Positions 49,978-63,242 of a DNA stretch of 64,000 nt are shown here, one piece after another (the stretch's first letter is position 1; each line of letters begins with the position of its first letter). The notes beneath the pieces are model-generated. The model saw only the letters and a list, made by a program, of their open reading frames with translations, was not told the DNA's origin and searched no databases. The stretch lies in the NCBI GenBank assembly GCA_964252035.1, contig OZ176202.1; one strand, written 5' to 3'. Source of the stretch: Podarcis erhardii. Taxonomy: Eukaryota. The position numbers and the translations under genes were made by a program.

Positions 49978-51666
49978 GAGAGAAATCTGGACAGTGAAAA
50001 GGAGGAAATAAACTTTTAAACAATTCCCTTCTGAGACCACCTCTGAAGCATGGGAAGAGATTATCTGTAACCATTTGGCACACATCCCACCACCCCGGAC
50101 TTCATCTCCTCAATGGAAGTGTTTGTGTGTGTTTGTGTAAAAGAGAGAGAGAGAGATACAGAGGAAAAAGAAACATCAGTCCATAAAGTAAATTAAGAAA
50201 ACACCTCATTCTTTGCTTACCAGCTGCTATGAATGTTTGTTCACACAGTGTATGTAAACACACACGTTTCGGAAGTGTACCTACTACTAGCCCTTTATAA
50301 TATTTAGAATTCCTAGCGTGCACGTGTTTTACATGTATTACTTCTGTTGCATGCAATGCTGAAATTTAATCAGCAATAGAGATTTATAATTACATTTGCA
50401 TAATGGCAAGGGCTCTTACTTTTGAATTATTTCCACCTCAGAAAAGGTCACAAGCAGTCACTTACAAGAGGTTTGTTAGCTAGTTGGAAAACAAAGAGGC
50501 AACTAGATAATAAATAACATTGCTTAAAGAGTGGCAATGAGATTGACTGGTAAGTGATTCTAATTTTGTAAGTAGCTGCTATGCTCCTTGTATAGTATTT
50601 AATGCTCACCAGCAAAATAATAATGATAATTTCTGCTTTAATTCTGTAATTCTTAAAACTTGGCATAAGAAAATAAATAAATGGAGGGAAAGCAATATTT
50701 TTTTATCCTTGATTTTCATTCCTTGGATTTGATTTTTAATTATTATATTTAGTTCACTGAATGGAAAATATTATCTATTCTTAATGCTCAATTTTTCTTG
50801 GATTCTGAGTGTTGCTAACCTGCTTCAGAGGGTGAATTTGATTGGTTTCCTTGCAGGAAACCATTCAGAAATTGCACAACCAGCTGGATAATCAGTTTCT
50901 CCTTGTGAGGGGCTTACTAACCTGGTGCAAACAATAGACACCTGGAATTAAAGAGTTATGAGTCCCATAATGGAACCAACTTCACTTTTGTTGACCCCTA
51001 ATTTTCTTCATTTCAGCAGTATGATTAAGAAAGGTGGCATGCTATTACTGCTATTGTTTAAACAACTAGGAGTCAAAAATGGTTGCCAATCTGCTTCAGA
51101 TCACCCAGAGATCTACCAGAAGATCCAGATCTACCATTTGTCTACCCCTGCTCTAGAAAATTCACTCTCTGTTCCTGAGTTTTCACTTTTCCATGAATAT
51201 CTGCATGGGTTTCCCTTAAAATTGCTCACAAACTGCTTATTTCTGGACAAAGTAATTTGAAAGATAATGTGTTGGAAAATACATGTGGGATAAACATACT
51301 TGAATTATCTTGAATTATTCCCCCCCCCCCCCGATCTTTCCTGAATATTTTAAAATAGATTCTGTATAGCCCACAACAGATTACAGGTATTAAGGTTCCT
51401 AGTGGTTTGGATTTGTGATCTACTTAATCAGGCCTGAATTGCAACCCCCACCTGACATTATGCAGTGGGATATTTTCATCACTCCCTCCCTCCCTTTCAT
51501 ATATAGGTTACCTTATTAGCCTAGTCTTACTAACATGATGGTCTCTAAGTAGCTTATGCTCATTTTAACAGGGACTGTAATTAGATAATTGAATGTGTAG
51601 ATTTATTTTGAGCCATTTTCAGGCATAAGAAAGGTATGTAATTTAGAATATTTTATAGGAATATAT

Positions 51667-51700
51667 ATACATACATACATACATACATACATACATACAT
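51667..51700. repeat. (TACA)n microsatellite, at the tail of an antisense L2-like remnant (~51700-52090)
   Basis: The repeat is seen directly. The L2 assignment of the adjacent sequence is tentative. Confidence 0.85.
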
Positions 51701-52784
51701 AAGTTTATTTGTATGCTACCTCTCCATACTTCAAACCATACTCAAGGTGGCTTGCAACATGAAAAAATGCATAATTACAACATAGCCAAATGTAGTCATA
51801 AACAATAAATAGAACATAAAAAATACACAACCAAATCGAACAATTTCCATATAAATGATAAAATATAAAATAGATACAAAAAAATAATATCAGTAAGAGC
51901 AGCAAAACCCCTACAATGCCCCAACCCAAGAGTCTGTTCAGCAACCTCAACTTTTGGAGTTGGAGCCAGTCAGGGCCTTCCCCTCCCAGACGCGGTGGAA
52001 AAAGGTCTTCAAATCAAGGAGCAGGTCTCCCTGCCAAGATGGTCTCTGGCCTCTTCAGCATCCTAAACTTTTGTAAATGGAATCAGTCAGGGCCCAACCC
52101 CAACCCCCCCCCCCCCCCCGCCCAGCCTAAACTTATATATTCTTATAAAATATAAGAACTGTTGTAGAGCTGTAGGGAAATGATCTATTCAGTATGATAA
52201 TCTTTCACTTGGAGTGGCTAGTGCCACTTGCTTGGAAAGGGATGTGAAAAGAGACAGTGTCGCTGTGAATACCCTTTTAGCTTCCAGCATTTTTTAGCCT
52301 GAGAACTAATAACCTAGATAAACAATACTGAGTTTATTAAGGGCACTCTTAGCCATTTTATTTGGACATTCAATAGCAGAATAATAGTGTTCTGCAATTA
52401 AAACTTGGAAAAGGTATATCAAAATTTAACAGCCACTTTGCTCTGTAGTTTGTATTTCATTTCCCTTTTTAAACAACCTTTAAATAGCCAGGGCATTTTC
52501 TGTTCCCTAGAGGGTTTTGGCAGAGGTCTTGGCCGCAGGGGTCACTATTACATAGTGAGTGGTTCAGCTAGTAGAGCATTCTGAAGGGTTTGCTTGCCTT
52601 GGGAAGAAAGGCCTTGGAAATGTTTTCTGTATTAATTTGTGGGGGTAGAGGCTTGCACATTAGTTACTAGGAAAATATCCCTTAAACTCACTGGATAAAC
52701 TCACTGTGGACAGTGATGAGCTCTGCTTTGAGGCCATAATAACAGATGTATACATATATGGTACTAAATTGGGTCCTACCCTCC

Positions 52785-53010
52785 AGAGCAGGACAAAACA
52801 AGCTTGCTCCATCTTCCATGTGGCAGCCCTTTAGATATTTGAAGGGCTGTCACATGGAAGATGGAGGAAAGTAGAGACGACCAGAGAACTCCATTTGGCC
52901 CCCAGGCCTGAGGTTCCCTATCCTTGGACCCAGGCTGTCCCTCACTTCAAGTCTTCAAGCCAAGCCTGGACTGCCATCTTCTGGGAATGCTCTAGCTTGG
53001 ACATTTGTGC
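52785..53010. mobile_element. CR1 fragment with an inverted junction, interrupted by a hAT end fragment
   Basis: Antisense CR1 sequence (gcaggacaaaacaagcttgctccatcttcc) switches to sense CR1 (aagggctgtcacatggaagatggag). A hAT-like ggcccccaggcctgaggttcccta lies at ~52898-52921. Confidence 0.6.
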
Positions 53011-54865
53011 CTAAGCCTGTGTGTTGTTATATTTTTAGTTCTACTGGTTGTTGGGAAGCATATAAGATATTTGTTGTTTTTTTATAATAGGCTGCATTTT
53101 TATGTAACCTAGGTAGCAATTTATTTCTTTGAAGAAAGGGTAATAAATGTAAGTAAGTAAATGCAACTTTGCTTTTGTATATAATGGACTTTTCCATTCA
53201 AAGCACATTAGATCTCCCATTTCGTTGATTTTGCACAAAAATTTTTTACTTTGAGCATACTGCTCCACTAATCCAAAATCATAGCAGTTTCCATCTGACT
53301 TAAGCAGATGGATTTCTTTATTTACTTAAAATGTGAAGTTGCTTTAGATTGCAGCCTATGGTAAAGTAAATAGTATTTATTTGTTTTGGGTTTTTTTAAA
53401 AATGGTAGCATATGACAACATACATATATTGCTGTATGTTGATATGGTGGTGTTTATTACCATTTTCTTTTTGTTCAGCGGAATTTGAAGCCTTATCCTC
53501 TGCATGTTTACATAGTCCTTTTGTCTTCAGTTGGATTTACTCACATGGAACAATGTATAGTATAGTACAGTAATATTTTTTTTAATCCAGAGATGTTTTG
53601 ATGTGGCTGTACTACCTTGCATCCCCACAAGTAAAATGGTAGGAATCGGTTCTTCTGTAGTCTTGTCTCAGTCAGTGCCAGTGTTTGTCCATTCTTCATG
53701 GAGAAAGGGAGTGGCTTTGCTAGTTGTGTCAAAATAGAACAGTATAAAAGGTATCTGGCCTATATTTAGTTAGAAGTAAAAGAGGTGAAAGTCTTTCTAA
53801 AGACTGGGGTTACAGTATCAGGTAGCAATTTATATTATAACAGCTGAACGTATTTTGGATTCCTCTGTAGCTTCTCCTTTTCAGGATTCCTTTGACAGAT
53901 GGTATCCACAGATGGATGTAACATTCTTAAGGAGATTATTCTTTTTACTCCTTTATCAGCCAGCAACTCCTACTACCACACAGTTCTAAAAGCTCTCACA
54001 TGAATTAGCCTTATACTTAGCAGACTTTAATTATTTAATCTTTAAACCATGCTACAGACTTGTGTTAGTGGTATTAACAAGTTGTCTACAATACTTACAT
54101 TTTCAATAACAAGGTTTGTATCCTAACCATGGTTGACTTACCAACCCAGCTTCATAGTATACTTCATGCTACAGTTTTTCTGATTGTTTTTCTGTCTTCC
54201 TTTTCTTTTCCTTGCCACTGCCAGGTTTTCTCTTGGAACTCTGTTCAGTCTGGAAATAAATATTTACATGGGTAATTCAATTACCTTAATTCATTTGCCT
54301 ACCTTTATATAATTCATAATTCAGAGGTAGGCAGTGTAGGACCTCCAGTTTACATTATGTGTTCCACTCCCATCCCTGCCCATTATCAATTCAGATTAGG
54401 GGTTATGGAAGTTGTAGCCCAAAACATCAGAAGAACAGCAGTTTGGGGAAGGCAGTATAGACTTCGCATTGCCTGTTTCCCCTTTTATGATGTTATAGCA
54501 ACACATCATGCTATAGTCTGCATGTTAAAAAATATGTATTAATTTATTTATATGGAAGATTGTAGAAGCCAGGCATCCTATAAATTGCATTTTAGAATCT
54601 GCACCACAGTATGGAAACTGTAACTTGAAAGCCATAATCCTTTAAATTGCTGAATCAAATGGGTGAATCCTCTGGAGCATATTGTTGGTGTAAAATTTCC
54701 TTTGAGGAATGCAGAGCCTAGCTTGAAAGACAGCAAGCAGGATGGCTAAATCAAGAATAATATTGGGCAGCTGTACACATTTGAAAAGCAAGAATACTCC
54801 CACCCTTGCAGCCAGGCTGTATAGATGGCTGTTATACGAAATGCAGAATGTTAAATCACAGAAGT

Positions 54866-55217
54866 AAGGTAAAGGGACCCCTGACAATTAAGTCCAGTCA
54901 TGAACGACTCTGGGATTGCGGCACTCATATCGCTTTACTGGCCAAGGGAGCCGGCGTTTGTCCGCAGACAGCTTCTGGCCAGCATGACTAAGCCACTTCT
55001 GGCGAACCAGAGCAGCGCATGGAAACACCATTTACCTTCCCGCCAGAGCTGTACCTATTTATCTACTTGCACTTTGACGTGCTTTTGAACTGCTAGGTTG
55101 GCAGGAGCTGGGACTGAGCAACGGGAGCTCACCCCGTCACGGGGATTTGAACCGCTGACCTTCCAGTCAGCAAACCCTAGGCTCACTGGTTTGGATCACA
55201 GCGCCACCCGTGTCCCT
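54866..55217 (+). mobile_element. Sauria SINE, full length
   Basis: aaggtaaagggacccctg head through cagcgccacccgtgtccc end. Confidence 0.93.
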
Positions 55218-57990
55218 GTAAAACTCCTGCAGCCAATCAGAAGCCCCGTCAGACATCTGGGTTCCAAAGAACATTTGCAAACTGGAACACTTACTTCTGG
55301 GTTTGCGGCATTCGGGAGCTAAAATGTCTGATTACCAAGGCATTTGGGATTAAAGGTACGACTGTAGGTGATCTTACAGGATCACATACAGTAATGCTTT
55401 GAGTCAATTTAGGCTTAGATAGTGTGGTTATTTCTTGACTTGCATGTGAGAAGTTTTTAGAGCAAGGCAAAAAAATACCTCAAGGAAACTTCCTTCTAGC
55501 TCCTGCCTTCATAAAGAAGACTTGAGGGACAAGTTAAGGGTTCATAAGTGTTTCCCCCCCTATTGCTGCCGTTTCCTTAAATTGGATTTTACGGTTTGAT
55601 TGATTTTTTTTCAATTGTCTTAATTGGATTTTATTGTTAATGGTGTTACGTTGATTTTGTAAGCCACCTTTGGAAGTTTGTTAGTAGAGAGGCATGGTAT
55701 GCATATTTTAAATATAATATTCATAAGTTTTGTGAGACCTCATTTCATTTAACAGGAGAATGGTTATAGCAGGAATTTGTAGAGTACTGCCTATGCCCAC
55801 ATTGCTAATGTGAAGCTCTTGGCAAGAGTAATGGAATTATTTTAGGACTTTAGGGTGGGGTTTGTGTGGTTTCAGTTTGATAAACAGCTTTTGTGAAAAT
55901 GACAGACCACATTTTCTTTCTTTTTTTACACATCATAACAAAATTTCCGTAAGAGCAATAATATGATCTTGTTTATGGTGATTGTATGGAGCACATGTTT
56001 TCTAACAAACTAAAGGAAATGGAAACTGTGTTTGACTAATGAAACTTAAGGTTTGCAAAATAAGTTTGTTATTTACTGTACTTTAAATCAGATTGGGAGA
56101 CTTCTGAAAAAATGCAATCACCATCTTGTGGAAACACAGAATGGAAACGGAAGCCCTGCAAATAATTAAACATTGTAATTCAGGATTAGCTTTGATTAAC
56201 GAATGGCGTGCTAACCTCCAGAGCCTTGGAATAGTATTCCATAATTGTTGCAATTTGTCATGTTTCAGCTGAAGATTATTTATCTCATTTCCTTACAATT
56301 GTCTACTCCTTGAGCTTTACAAATTGGATCAGCTGGTAACATGTTTACTAATTTCCCTTGGTGCTTGCTGCAGTTCTTAAATTCAACCTGTTTCCTCAGA
56401 ATGAATTTTGGTTACAATAGCACCACCCCTCTTTTATCAAACAGTATGGTTGCCTCTGCCCCTCTTTCCTTCCCTCCCTCCTCTGATGCCCTCTTGTGTC
56501 TCTGCCTCCCAAAGGCTTGTGCAGCTGTTTGTTGCAGCAGCCTCTGGCTACAAGCTCCACAGGCAAATGGTGCCTCTGGGGCTGACCAGGCTGTGCTGGT
56601 TGCCAGGAGCTGAGGCAACCAGCACAGGTTGCCAGGAGCTGAGGTGCTCCGGCACCGAGGGCAGAGAGCAGGCGGAGGTGGGGCTGGCACATGTCCCGGG
56701 GTGGGGTGCACATCCTGGGGGCGGGCTGCGCCGCCGGCAGGGCACCCAGCGCAGGCGGGGGGCAGTCACGATGGAACCCCACTGGGATCGTGCTGCCGGG
56801 GGCGGTGCGCTCCCCCTGCCCCCCTCTTCCTCCGCCAGTGTAGACAAGTCCCAGGCCCCTGTGGGGCAGTGTGAGGAGGCATAAAAAAACAACAACCATA
56901 GTGTAAAACCAGTGCGATGGCAACAGGGGCAGTAGGGGAAGTAGGCTGAACATTTTTTTCTGGGTGTTCAGAGGAGAGATCTCGATTCTGAAACTAGGGA
57001 AGTGTAGCAGGATGGAGCAAGGGATGCTAACTGTTGGGAAGACTTTGCATTTCATGGTATGTGATGACATCTAGAAATGTGTAAAGGTACAGGACAAATA
57101 CGACAAATTATTAGGAAGTGGTTTGTGTATGTTAATTTCTCTAACTCAAGATACATGTACATTTCCCCTGCTGGGCACAGTTATGTACATTATCTACCTC
57201 ACTCAATTCTTATGCTCATTGTTACCAGACAACTGGATTTATAATCAGACTTGATATTCAACAAAGTTTTATGCAGAGTAGACCCATTGAAATTATTTAA
57301 TATGACTAAATTAGGTCTATTAATTCCTATAGGTGTACTCTGTGTAAAACATACTTGAAAGCACCTCTCTGTTTTTTTGAGTCTGGATTTAAATCAGTTT
57401 TTCTGGTAGGAATAATTATAAATAAGCCACAACTTTTGAATCAATAACCCATTATGGATATGGGTGCAATAAAAGTGAACATACATGTAGCTAGAATTAT
57501 AGGAATGTCTATATATAACCTGCATCTAACAAACCTTCTCTTTATACTTCCCTCCCTTTCCCTTTTGTATATTAAACTAGGGTATTTTTTCAAGCGACTA
57601 TTTTGTAAGTGCAGTGAAACATGACGAGGCATGCATTCCCTGGCCAAGATTTGTACAGTGTGTGTGTGTATTTTTATGAATAAACACCAGTAACTGAGCA
57701 CGCCCAAGGCGTGCGTATGTTGGCTGGTGAATGTATATCCCGTTGTGTGTTATTGCTTGCTTTGTTAGTATTTTAAATTCATAAAGAAAGCCAGATACCA
57801 TAAAGCAGATACTTCACTATTTTCCGAATAAAGTCTGGTCAGAAGAATTCAGTATTAAGAAAAGTACATGCTTTAGGAACAAATTTTATTTAATAACAGA
57901 ATATTTTGCCAAAATGTGCCATGAGTCACATATGTAATATCACATATTTTTCTCATGCTAGTATCAATCAGCATGTGTTTTACTTGAGAT

Positions 57991-58162
57991 CAGAGCTTTC
58001 CAAACTGTGTGTTGTGACACTTTAGGGTGTCGGTGTGTTACACAAACTCTCGGAAAGGGGTTAATTTAAGCTCTGATTTGCTATTAAAACTGAATTACTG
58101 TGTTGCGAAATGATGCATGTCTAAAAAGTGTGTCACCAACATGAAAAGTCTGGAAAACTCTG
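57991..58162. mobile_element. hAT (Charlie-like) MITE, 172 bp
   Basis: TIR cagagctttccaaact / agtctggaaaactctg. Perfect 8-bp TSD cttgagat. Same family as 14186-14390. Confidence 0.9.
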
Positions 58163-59250
58163 CTTGAGATAACCAAAGAGTAACCACCAACTTCTTTTAA
58201 ATGATTCTGTATTTCCTTGATGGAGTATTTATAAATATGTAAAATTTCTGAGATGGATTATTTCTCCTAAATAAGGAATAATCATAGTAAACAGTCTCTC
58301 TCCTGCCTATTGTACATTGTATAATCACCACAGCAGAGCCTATGTGTCAGGCCAAAGGCCCATCTAGTCCAGCATCTTGTTCTCACAGAAGCCAAACACG
58401 CACAGCATTTTTAAACAGAGAAAAACAGTAATGCAAAACATCAAAAATAACTGCAAATGATTAAGCAAAAGGTAGACAGTATAGAAAGATGCTGTCTCTA
58501 CCATAATTTTCTCTCAATAAATATTAATTAAAAAAACAAACTTCTCAAACTTGCAACCACACCTTTCTCCTGGCTATCTGCAATGACTATGCTTTGAGGT
58601 ATGGGCATGGCTTTAGGGAACAGCTCTGAGCATGCTCAGACTGCATTTCAAGGCAGCCTTTCTAGGCCAATACAGTGAAAATTAGTTAGCCCTCATAATA
58701 ACAGTTGGGGTGCAAGGTTTCATCTTGGGATTGCTTTGAAGGGCAGTCCAATCAATTACATGTTTTTTCTGCTTAGAAACATGTGGGAAGGACCTCTTTG
58801 CCATAGCTCTGATCAACCAGAAGGATGCTGCCAATTAATTGTGCAGCAAATTTTATTTAACGTTTTTTTTTTAAAAAAAAAAAAATAAAGCATTTATGGA
58901 ACTGCAGGTGACTTCTGAAGGATTGCTCCTTCTAAGGTCATGCTTATTGTGACACATGGAAGTATCATCGTTCTTCAAAAAATAAAAAAGCTGTTCAGAA
59001 CTGTCATATGAACGTCATATGAAAATTTAAATGCACATTTAAATTGATGATGTATTAATTGATAAAATGCTATATAATTAATTGACCTAAGATTTCTTTA
59101 ATCAGATGATGGCCTCTTAGAGAAATGCATTTTAGTCTCAGTTGTCTCCAAAATGATACACAAATAATTTTGAATGCAACATGTTTTATTGCACTTGTCT
59201 CAATATAATGAAAAACAACATGGAATGACTCAAATAAATTTCTTTTATAG

Positions 59251-59344
59251 GGACATCAAACCAGACAACATCCTGATGGATATGAATGGACATATTCGGT
59301 TAGCAGATTTTGGTTCTTGTCTGAAACTGATGGAAGATGGAACG
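59251..59344 (+). CDS. CDC42BPA: CDC42BPA exon (94 bp): (R)[31 protein letters not shown], catalytic loop and DFG
   Basis: ttttatAG acceptor, GTaaat donor. HRDIKPDN and DFG motifs. Confidence 0.97.
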
Positions 59345-60227
59345 GTAAATAATAATAAAAACAAAGCTAAAATATAGTTTTAGTCACCTTCATTTCTGTC
59401 CCTAGTCTGCCACTACAATTTTTGATAATATATTTGATAATTTATCTGATATATTTCTTAATATATACGGTACTTCTGTAAAAATTGTAGTTTTATGGTA
59501 ATGTAATTACACTTACAGCATAACAGGGACACATTTTATCTGGGTGACTAATTGATTAGATTGATTCACTTTTCACCATTATTGTCCATTAATGTTTAAT
59601 AAATTTCATTACTTCAGTCCTCTGTCTATTTCATTCATTATTGCAAAAAACTATCTGTAATTATATACAGTATATCTGTAAAATAAATACATGCCAGGAG
59701 AAATGAAGCTTATTTGCTGTATCTTTTTAAATGCAGAATCCTACAGAATTTGGGGTCCTGTGGTATACAATTAAATTTTACTCAAAGTGGACCGATTGAC
59801 ATTAATGAAAAGATTAATTGGCATGGAAGACTCCTAAAATGTTTGACATTGTCTGGAAGAAATATAGTACAAGACTATAGGAATATAGACACACACAGCA
59901 TTTCACTTCAAGTGTTGGGAACTAAATAAGAATGCTGCTTTTAAGTAAATATTGTAATGGGGGGGGGAATGTTATATTAAAGAATTGTGTTACCTGTAAC
60001 ATTACCATGGCCTGCTGTCAAGCTACTTCCTTTATTTTCATCTCCTTGGGCAAATCACCACATGAAAAGAATGATTGATCTTACCTGAAGCGTAGATTTG
60101 ATAGGTTCTCTGTTGCGTGACAAGGGGCATAACCATTCGGGTCCTTGGTAGCTGTATCAAATCAGAAATTTATATATTCACACCAGTACTGAAACACACA
60201 TAATATTATAGATCATTTTAGTAATAG

Positions 60228-60473
<246 letters not shown>

Positions 60474-60986
60474 TGACCAGCAATTCTGCTCAGTGCTTTA
60501 TTGTCCTTAAGATGTTAACATTGATTGTTTTACCAAGAGAATATATTAGCTTCAATAAACTATAGGCTTGGCTTTTAGCTGCTTCAATGCTTAGAGTCCT
60601 GTCTTTGTTGACCTCAGATGTTCAGGTTTTACTTTTTAATGATACTTTTAGTTTGGACATGGTGGAAGTCCTATAATCACTACATATGAATATATGTTGG
60701 CTGTGTAACACTATTGGAAAGTGATTGGATAATTCATTGAGTAATGGAGTGCTGTATGCTTGACAAAATTAACATATTTAACTGTAAAATAATTGCAGTA
60801 GAAATGAATTAAAGATACTGCCACTGTTTTTCCTTTAAGAAGTCCAACTAGCCACTGAGGCTGCATTTATAAACACATACATTAGTGAGTGGACCATGTG
60901 TTGTTGTCTTGGTTCAATTATAAAGAAATTGCCACAGAAATACTAGGAAATATGGCACTGTTCTGTTTATAACACTGAACTGTTTT

Positions 60987-61011
60987 GTTTTGGTTTGGTT
61001 TGGTTTGGTTT
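60987..61011. repeat. (TTTGG)n microsatellite just upstream of the 249-bp exon
   Basis: Direct observation. Confidence 0.9.
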
Positions 61012-61055
61012 GTTTCACAGTATGATCCCAATTCTCCCATCTTTTTTTCTTTAAG

Positions 61056-61304
61056 GAGAGGTTTCAGTTTCCTGTCCAAATGACGGATGTGTCTGAAAAC
61101 GCCAAGGACCTAATTCGAAGACTCATTTGTAGCAGAGAGCATAGACTTGGGCAGAATGGAATAGAAGACTTTAAAGGCCACCCATTTTTTTCCGGGATTG
61201 ACTGGGATAACATTCGAAACTGCGAAGCACCTTACATCCCTGAAGTTAGCAGTCCAACAGATACATCAAATTTTGATGTAGATGATGATTGTTTAAAGAA
61301 TTCT
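61056..61304 (+). CDS. CDC42BPA: CDC42BPA exon (249 bp): [83 protein letters not shown]
   Basis: tttaAG acceptor, GTaagt donor. End of the kinase domain and the AGC C-terminal extension (PYIP, DTSNFD). Confidence 0.97.
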
Positions 61305-62187
61305 GTAAGTTACTACAGAGCAACTTCTGCAAACTTTGATCTCCCAATCCCATTTTTTGGATTGAATACGCCCAAAATACAGCATTTATATCAGATTACA
61401 TTAGATTTCAAGAAGATACCTGTTTTTATAGCCGAAAGAAGTACAAAATAAACCATAATTGAGGGGGCTTTCTGTTTGTTTTTTAAAATGTGTTTTTATG
61501 GTGTGTTAGTTGCATGCTGACTTGCAAAGAAGGCTTAAAATAACAATGAGTTTTTTAAAAAAGCTTGCCTGCCTTCCCTGGAGAGAAAGCATATAGAATA
61601 TATACGTTTTCATTTAAAAAATGTATACTTCATTTTCACCATCTGGGTCCCAAAGCAGCTTACAAAATAAAAATACAGAACATACAAAATATGAAACGTA
61701 TATCAAACATTAGTAATTTTAACATCAGAGTCCCATTCTCTGGGATTCCAGTCCTCCTGGAATTAAAATAAAATAACAAGGCACCTGAAACTTAGCAGGT
61801 ACTTGCCTGATTTCTGTTGGGAGGGAGTTCCATAAAATTGGTCCCACTACTCCCCATTGACATGCAGTCTTCAGGCTGCTTTTTCGCAATCTACCTCTCT
61901 ACTTTTGATTACTGAGTGCTACCGGGAATGAGAAGCCCTGGGCTAGAAAGGGGACTGCAGTATCATATAAAGGCCCAGGAAAAACAGCTGCATCAATTCT
62001 ATGGTGCTTTTTTTAGCTCATGGATGGTAACATTGCAACCACCAAGAATAGGGGAAAGGTACTGTTATTAATTTATATCCTAAGGCTATTTGCTGTTTGC
62101 CCTCGAAGAGTGCTCAGTTGATTCAGATGTCATATATCAGCTTTTGGAAACTAATGACATCAAATTTAACATGCTTTTATTCCACAG

Positions 62188-62267
62188 GAGACAATGCCCC
62201 CACCAACACATACTGCATTTTCTGGCCATCATCTGCCCTTTGTAGGATTCACATATACAAGTAGCTG
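62188..62267 (+). CDS. CDC42BPA: CDC42BPA exon (80 bp): ETMPPPTHTAFSGHHLPFVGFTYTSS(C), AGC hydrophobic motif FVGFTY
   Basis: tccacAG acceptor, GTgagt donor, phase 2 end. Confidence 0.96.
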
Positions 62268-63075
62268 GTGAGTAGAAGCCTTGGGTTTTCAAGAGACTTT
62301 GTATACTTTAATCTAGAAGAAGGCAAGTTTATCTTATTTACAGTTGTCACACAAAGCATGCATTCTAATGCAATGTTAATAACAGACATATTTCTCCTCC
62401 AAATGTAAACATGTAAAGTATTTCTGTTTCCTTTCTATTTCTTGAATGATGCCTGGATACAAATATGTATTGCTTTCTTTCTTCAGTGAAGTAGAAATAG
62501 TAGTTCGCTGGATCATAATGACACAACAAAATGTTCAGGCACAATTTATTTAGCTATGGGGAGAACTGATCATCTGATGACACCATACGGCTTGCACTCA
62601 TAGGGCAGAGCCTACATAGTTCACTACATTATTTAGATGTACACATAAAATGTTTTTAACAGTGCAATCCTATACAGGACTATTTCAGAAGTAAGCTCCA
62701 TTAAATTCAGTGGAACTTTTTCTTGGCTCAGTGTGTGTCAGTTGTACCCAAGTTTAAGAATGTGATGTGTGTTTCAAGCAGTGTTTGCAAACACTGTACC
62801 ATACAGGTGCATTCTTCAGGATGCCATGACTGGTGCAACTGCCTGTTGTGAATACATGGAGTGGCAAATCAAAGTTTGCCACTACATAATGTGTGAAATA
62901 GGCAGAACCTGTACCACTTTTAAAAAAATATGTGTATGATGCCTGTATTTTAGAGTAATCTGCAAATGTTGCACGCAGTTTTTTAAAAAATGAATTGAAT
63001 TATCGTAATGTGATAAAATAGTTGAACTGCTGGAATAATGAGTAAGTTGGCTTTTTCATGTTTCTATCTTCGCAG

Positions 63076-63242
63076 TGTCCTTTCAGACCGCAGTAGTCTA
63101 AGATATGCAGCTGGGCAACGGGCTATGGATCTCGATGCCAACGTTCAAAGGACACTTGAGGATACCTTAGCAACAGAAGCATATGAGAGGCGAATAAAGC
63201 GCCTGGAGCAGGAAAAACTTGAACTTAGCAGAAAACTACAAG
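63076..63242 (+). CDS. CDC42BPA: CDC42BPA exon (167 bp): (C)VLSDRSSLRYAAGQRAMDLDANVQRTLEDTLATEAYERRIKRLEQEKLELSRKLQ, linker and start of coiled coil
   Basis: ttcgcAG acceptor, G/GTatta donor. In frame with the previous exon (TG+T = Cys). AYERRIKRLEQEKLELSRKLQ matches recalled MRCK-alpha. Confidence 0.94.

Noticed and set aside
56341-57070. Cluster of overlapping 80-224 aa ORFs on both strands
   Set aside because: Low-complexity translations from a GC-rich block with no recognisable domain or splice support.
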